Of a stretch of DNA of 64,000 nt, positions 58,600 to 64,000 are shown in pieces. Made by a program: the position numbers and the translations under genes. Position 1 is the stretch's first letter. The number at the start of each line of letters is the position of its first letter. The stretch is from Eledone cirrhosa. Lineage: Eukaryota. The notes beneath the pieces are model-generated. The model was not told the origin of the DNA and did not search any database. It worked only from the letters and a program-made list of their open reading frames with translations. The DNA lies in contig OZ024743.1 of the NCBI GenBank assembly GCA_964016885.1, positions 293,694,001-293,758,000 on the forward strand, read 5' to 3'.

Positions 58600-61159
58600 A
58601 AATACAAATGCAAAAGATATTGCTGACAATTAGTCTTTTACCTTAAATTTATTTGAATAACCTTAATTTTCGAGATAATATTTCTTCTTCGGAGGGAAGT
58701 AAAGGGGTTAATCCAGTGTTCTAATTAGCTTGCCAAATCATACTGACAGGAAATAGTAAAGAAATTCCATTCTATTTCTAATGCTAAAGAGTGAAGGTTA
58801 GGGGGATAAAGCTTTGTCTCCTTTTAAAAGGGTTTGGACATGTGTGTCTAAGTGTGTGTGGGAGAATACGTGAAGGTGTAAGCATGCGTGTGTGTGTGTG
58901 AGTGTGAGAGGACGTGTTTATATGTAAATGTGCGGTCTAGACTCTCTATCATGTTAAAACTGGTCTATGTGTGTGTATGTGTGTGTGAGAGAGAGAATAA
59001 GTGAAGGTGTAAGCGTGTGTGTGTGTGTGCGTGTGTGTGTGTGAGATGGTACGTGGAGGTGTAAGTGTGGGGCTAGGTGCTCAATCATGTTAAAAATTGG
59101 GTGTTGAGTTCTAGTCTGTTATTGATTGGTGGTTGCGTTTTGTCTATAATAAGTGCTTCTTTAATTCTAAGATTGCCGAGGTTTCTTTCCTTAGCTTCTA
59201 TCCTAACTATTATGTTTTTGTCGGTGTTTTTGCGTTTCACTAGGTGTTTCTTATATGAGGAAGCGTTAGTTTTGAGGTGTTCTTTTATTCTAATGTGAAG
59301 TGGTGCTACCTATGTAGAAATTGCTGCATTTGTCGCACTCTAATCTGTATACCACGTAAGCCTGGTGGCATAGGTCTGTGTCGTCGATGGGGCAGTTGGC
59401 TAGTCTGCAGCAGCTGTCATGTCTGGTGGAGTGTCTTTTGGTTAGCTGTCCACGTAGAGAAGGTCCTGAGTGGGCTAGCTGGATATGTAGCCCCTCTCGT
59501 CTGATAGCTCTGCGGATGGCTGTTGTTGTTTGGTCACTGAAGTGTGGGAGCTTCAGGAAGCAGGTATTAGTGCTTGGGGTGTGGTGTCCTATGTTGTTTC
59601 TGGCACGGTTCGCGGTGGACGTCGGGTATCCGTTCAGTTTAAGTACTTCCAGGAAATGTGTGGTGTGTGTGTCCCGGTCTCTTGCGTCGGTGAATTTGTT
59701 CTGGATACGTGTTAGTTCGTTCCTTATGTATCCGAACTTAGCGCTGACTGGGAGGGCCGATCTGAAATGTACGAACAGGTTCCTGCTGACGGCTTTTTTT
59801 ATAGATGTCGCCTTCCTCTGTTACCCTGAGTTGGAAGTCCAATAGGGATAGGGATCCGCGGTCATCGGGGTGTTCCATGCTGAACTTTATATTGGCGTCC
59901 ATGCTGGAGAATGTCATGTATATTTTATCCGCTTCTTCACGGAATGATGTAAAGATGAGTATGTCATCTACATATCGGGTGAAGAAGGTATAGGAATGGT
60001 AGGTGTTGTATGTGGCTTGAGAGATGACAAAACTCTTTACCTTTGTCGGATGGTAAGTATATGAGTTCCCTATTCCGCAGGTTCTTCAGGGCGAGTTGTT
60101 GCGTCCTGGAGAGGTTTGGGGCTATCTTCTGTTTCCGTAAGATGTTAAATACGGAATGTTTTAGCCTCGAGAGTTTTTCTTCCAGCTCGCGGTTGGTATA
60201 TCGGGAATCTGGTTGTGTTTGATTCCGTGGTGTAGTTGCCGAGGGTCGATATCCATTTTAGTTGGTAGGCGGCCCGACAGAAATTCGTTTCTATGTCGAG
60301 CCATAATTTGTCGTCCAATCTCTGTTTCAATATGAACTTGGGACCCAGGCTGAGGAGGTCTAGATCACCTCGGGAGAGAGATCCTGTCAAGTCTGTGACG
60401 AGGTGTTTTGCATCAGGTGTGTTGTTGGTCGGGGCGCCGCTAGGTTCGATGTTGGTCCCGTCTTGTTCGCCTCTGTTGGTGTTTGAGAAATTTTTGCTTT
60501 AGGCGTATTTTCTCGTAATCTCGCCGATGGTGGTATGACCTGTCTATAGCGGCGGAAATTACTCTGAGCAGAGGTTCTGGGGTGTCAGCGAGTTGTGGTA
60601 CTAGGCTGGAAATAGTCGGCATGTGTTGTTGTAGCGTGCAGTGTAGGTGTTGTATGAGTTTTCTTAGGCAGAATTTTTGTATGTAGCTAAGTGATCGCTT
60701 GAGGCCTGGTGATTTGAAGCATGTTGGTAGGTGCAGGTTTTTGATAGTTTTGGGGATGATGTTGTTATTCAGGCATCATTTGAGGAAGTTTATTTGGCAG
60801 CCGGCTTTGGCGTGATTTTCAGATAGCTGGAAGAGTTTCTTTACAGTTGTAAACTGGGCCTGGCTCAGGCGTAAGGAAAGGAGGAAATTGTAGTTTACTT
60901 GAATCATTGCGTAGTTACATATAAAGGTTTGGAGTTAGAAGGCAAGAACAATGCAAGTATGGATATAGAATATAAATACAAATGCAAAATATATTGTCTT
61001 TTACCTTAAATTTATTTGAATACCCTTAATTTTCGAGATAATATCTTTTCTTCGGAGGGAAGTAAAGGGGTTAATGCAGTGTTCTAATTAGTTTGCCAAA
61101 TCATGCTGACAAACGTTTATACCTAACTACGCAATGCTTCAAGTAAACTACAATTTCCT

Positions 61160-61197
<38 letters not shown>

Positions 61198-61908
61198 AAC
61201 GTTTGAATTTGTAAAGCCAAAACAATGCAGGTATGGACATAGAATAAAAAATGCAAATGCAAAAGATATTGTTGACAATTAGTCTTTTACCTTAGATTTA
61301 CTTAATCAATAATAGACTAGAACTCAACGCCCAATTTATAACTTGATAGACCATCTAGCCGCATACTTACACCCCCTCCCACATACACGCACGTACACAC
61401 ACACACACGCTTACACCTCCACTTATTCTCTCTCATACACACACATACACACACAAAGACCAGTTCTAACACGAGAGAACATCTATCCCCCACATTTACG
61501 TATAGACATATCTTCTCACACTCACACACACACACACACACATACTTACACCTCACACATTCTCCCACACACTTAAACAGACATGTACAAAACCCCTTTT
61601 AAAGGGAGACTACTCTCTATCCACCTAACCTTAACTCTTTGACATTAGAGATAGAACAGATACTCTATACCATTTCCTGTCAGCATGACTTGGCAAGCTA
61701 TTTAGAACACCGGTTTAACCGCTTTACTTCCCTCCGAAGAAGAGATATTATCTCGAAAATTAAGGACATTAAAATAAATCTAAGGTAATATCTTTTGCAT
61801 TTGCATTCTTTATTCTATGTCCATACCTGCATTGTTTTGGCTTTGTTATACATATACAAACGTTTATACCTCATTACACAATGCTTCAAGTGAACTACAA
61901 CTTCCTCC
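58596..61908 (-). mobile_element. Penelope-like element 2 with tandem pLTRs (58596-59130, 60950-61110) and an inverted pLTR copy (61300-61908)
   Basis: Repeated blocks TTACCTTAAATTTATTTGAATA.CCTTAATTTTCGAGATAAT; hammerhead-like CCT-CCGAAGA..GAAAATTA-AGG at ~58661-58696 (-), 61023-61059 (-) and 61730-61765 (+). Confidence 0.8.
59090..60907 (-). pseudogene. Degenerate PLE ORF with most of the RT N-terminal half deleted: LLSLGPKF, FFTRYVDDILI, GIY-YIG remnant (VVYR..CDKCSNFYIGST..RIKEHL)
   Basis: Manual minus-strand translation at 59955-59990 and 59270-59360; ORF 60145-60390. Confidence 0.8.
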
Positions 61909-61909
61909 T

Positions 61910-62249
61910 ATCATCATCATTTTACGTCCGCCTCTCCCTGCTTGCAAGGGTGGGACGGGAACTGATTCTGGCTTGATTTCTACAGCTGGATGATCTTCCT
62001 AGCACCAACCTCATTTACAGTGAGTGCTGGGTGCTTTTTTTCCGTGGCACCTCCACGACCACTTTGCAGTGGAATGATAGGGACTGGGACCCCAGTCCCT
62101 ATCATGTCATTTCTACAGCTGAGTAAACTGGAGCAATGTGAAATAAAGTGTTTTGCTCAAGGAAACAACACATCACCCGGTCTGAGAATTGAACTCACAA
62201 CCTTTCGATTGCAAGCCCAATGCTCTAACCACTAAGCTATGTGCCTCCA
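61910..62249 (-). mobile_element. Complete tRNA-SINE: family B-like head and core, RTE-derived 3' end and (GAT)n tail
   Basis: Head GGAGGCACATAGCTTAGTGGTTAGAGCA..GAGTTCAATTCT; 61910-62070 is the reverse complement of segments of the RTE 3' UTR at 39000-39260. Confidence 0.82.
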
Positions 62250-62251
62250 AG

Positions 62252-62259
62252 TTATATAT

Positions 62260-62306
<47 letters not shown>

Positions 62307-62315
62307 TATATATAT

Positions 62316-62346
<31 letters not shown>

Positions 62347-62369
62347 CGTACATATATATATATATATAT

Positions 62370-62464
<95 letters not shown>

Positions 62465-62486
62465 CATATATATATACATACATATA

Positions 62487-62580
<94 letters not shown>
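62252..62580. repeat. (TA)n microsatellite with CA interruptions
   Basis: Read directly from the sequence. Confidence 0.95.
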
Positions 62581-62581
<1 letters not shown>

Positions 62582-63340
62582 CTTGATCGTTTTTTTTTGG
62601 CTATGCGAATGATTGTTTAACCATCGTCTCAGTGTGTTTGGCCTTTAACGTTTGTTATAGCTCTTGTTCATCCGAATCATTGAATACTTGCCTCACATCT
62701 CGGAGGTTGATTTTCGTTATTTCGTGGGCCGAAATGCGAATCTCGATAATTTATGTTTGTATTTATCTCCAGACTCTAGCTATTGACCAGTTAATTTTCT
62801 TGATTTTTTAGTTGATTCTATTGACTGATGAATATCTTATGTTAATTTTAACCCTTCTGTTGAGAACTCTATTCGATTTGTGATGTTTTTGCATTCTTGC
62901 AAAAATATACACAACTGAATTTATTCGCTTGATATAGGGGCTGCCTCCCTTGCCGATCCCCACGTGGAGTCAGCAATAGTCAGTTCTTGTATTAACATTG
63001 AACTAGAACCTGTTGAGAAAGTGGCTTCCTTGTACAATCATCTTACCAGAAGCCTGACATTATTTATGTAAGCGGACGGTACTTGATTTAGGAGCCGCAG
63101 AAACCCAAATACTGGATTTTACCAACCTTCCAGGGTTCCGGGTAAATTTTCAATACCCGAATTACTTGATCGCTTTTTTGGTTATGCGAATGATTGTTTA
63201 ACCATCGTCTCAGTGTGTTTGGCCTTTAACGTTTGTTATAGCTCTGGTTCATCTGAATCATTGAGCACTTGCCTCACATCTCCGAGGTTGTTTTTCGTTA
63301 TTTCGTGGGCCGAAATGCGAATCTCGATAATTTATGTTTA
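62581..63340 (+). mobile_element. Non-coding element with ~175-bp direct terminal repeats (62581-62758 and 63164-63339)
   Basis: ACTTGATCG..TGCGAATGATTGTTTAACCATCGTCTCAG..CTCGATAATTTATGTTT occurs twice, ~583 bp apart. Confidence 0.8.
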
Positions 63341-63341
63341 T

Positions 63342-64000
63342 ATAACGCCCATGTTATTTCGGACACCTAAATAACTTTCAGTAGCTTCAAAACTAAGAAA
63401 CACTAAGAGCTCAAAATTGATACATGTGGAATGATAGGTATTAACTAAATAGTGCTAAAATTATAGTTTTTCAAGCTCATTGTTATGCAGTTACGAGCAA
63501 AAGAGTATTTCTATTCGAAAAATGAGGTGGTAAAAATGATTGGGAGATTGTTCGAACTTACTTTGTACTGATGTAAGTGTGTGCTTGACTGCCGCTCGGC
63601 ATGCCTAAGTATAGTGCACACACATAACAGGTCTAGGGGATATGCAAAATCTGGTTTTATCTGGAAGGCATTTGTTAAGTTACATCTGGACAGTTAAATT
63701 ACGTCCCTCCATTAGAGCCATAGCTGAAAGCGTTAAGTGTCCCAAATGTGTTGTACATTATATACTAAAAAGATACGACGACACAGGGTCATGTAACAGC
63801 GGAATTTGGGTCCCAGAAAAACCTCGAAGAAAGGTGATCAAGCCATTGTCCACATTGTAAAAAAGGTCGGTTTCAAGACAGCAGCAGCGGTCTCCCGAGA
63901 AGTAAACAATTCTATGGCATTTGTTGTATTATCTGTCCAAATAATTTTCACCACCTCAGTTTTTGAGTAAAAATACACTTTTCCTCATAACCTGCGTTTC
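63342..64000 (+). mobile_element. Degenerate Tc1-like transposon 5' part
   Basis: Peptide SIRAIAESVKCPKCVVHYILKRYDDTGS plus a G.PRK-like motif resembles the Tc1 paired HTH; broken frames. Confidence 0.6.

Overview
Repeat-saturated animal genomic DNA with no recognisable host gene. The SINE families look like those I associate with octopus/cephalopod genomes, but that is an inference. The window is a nested pile of transposons sitting in microsatellites. It holds two large Tx1/L1-clade LINEs plus fragments, three R4/Dong-like RLE retrotransposons in or next to (AAT)n (two of them an intact, near-identical tandem pair), several RTE fragments and a CRE-like fragment. It also holds a compact Ty3/Gypsy-type LTR element with a reconstructable -1 frameshift signal, an hAT transposon with an 8-bp TSD, Tc1/mariner remnants, tRNA-derived SINEs and two Penelope-like elements (RT + GIY-YIG). 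The strongest unexplained signal is that most 100-750 bp islands between (TA)n arrays are non-coding fold-back or terminal-repeat units. They carry hammerhead-ribozyme-like cores (about 20 copies from more than 10 different families, some with non-canonical cores), which suggests a swarm of (TA)n-targeting Penelope-derived, retrozyme-like elements. All alignments and folds were done by eye, so coordinates are approximate to a few bases.
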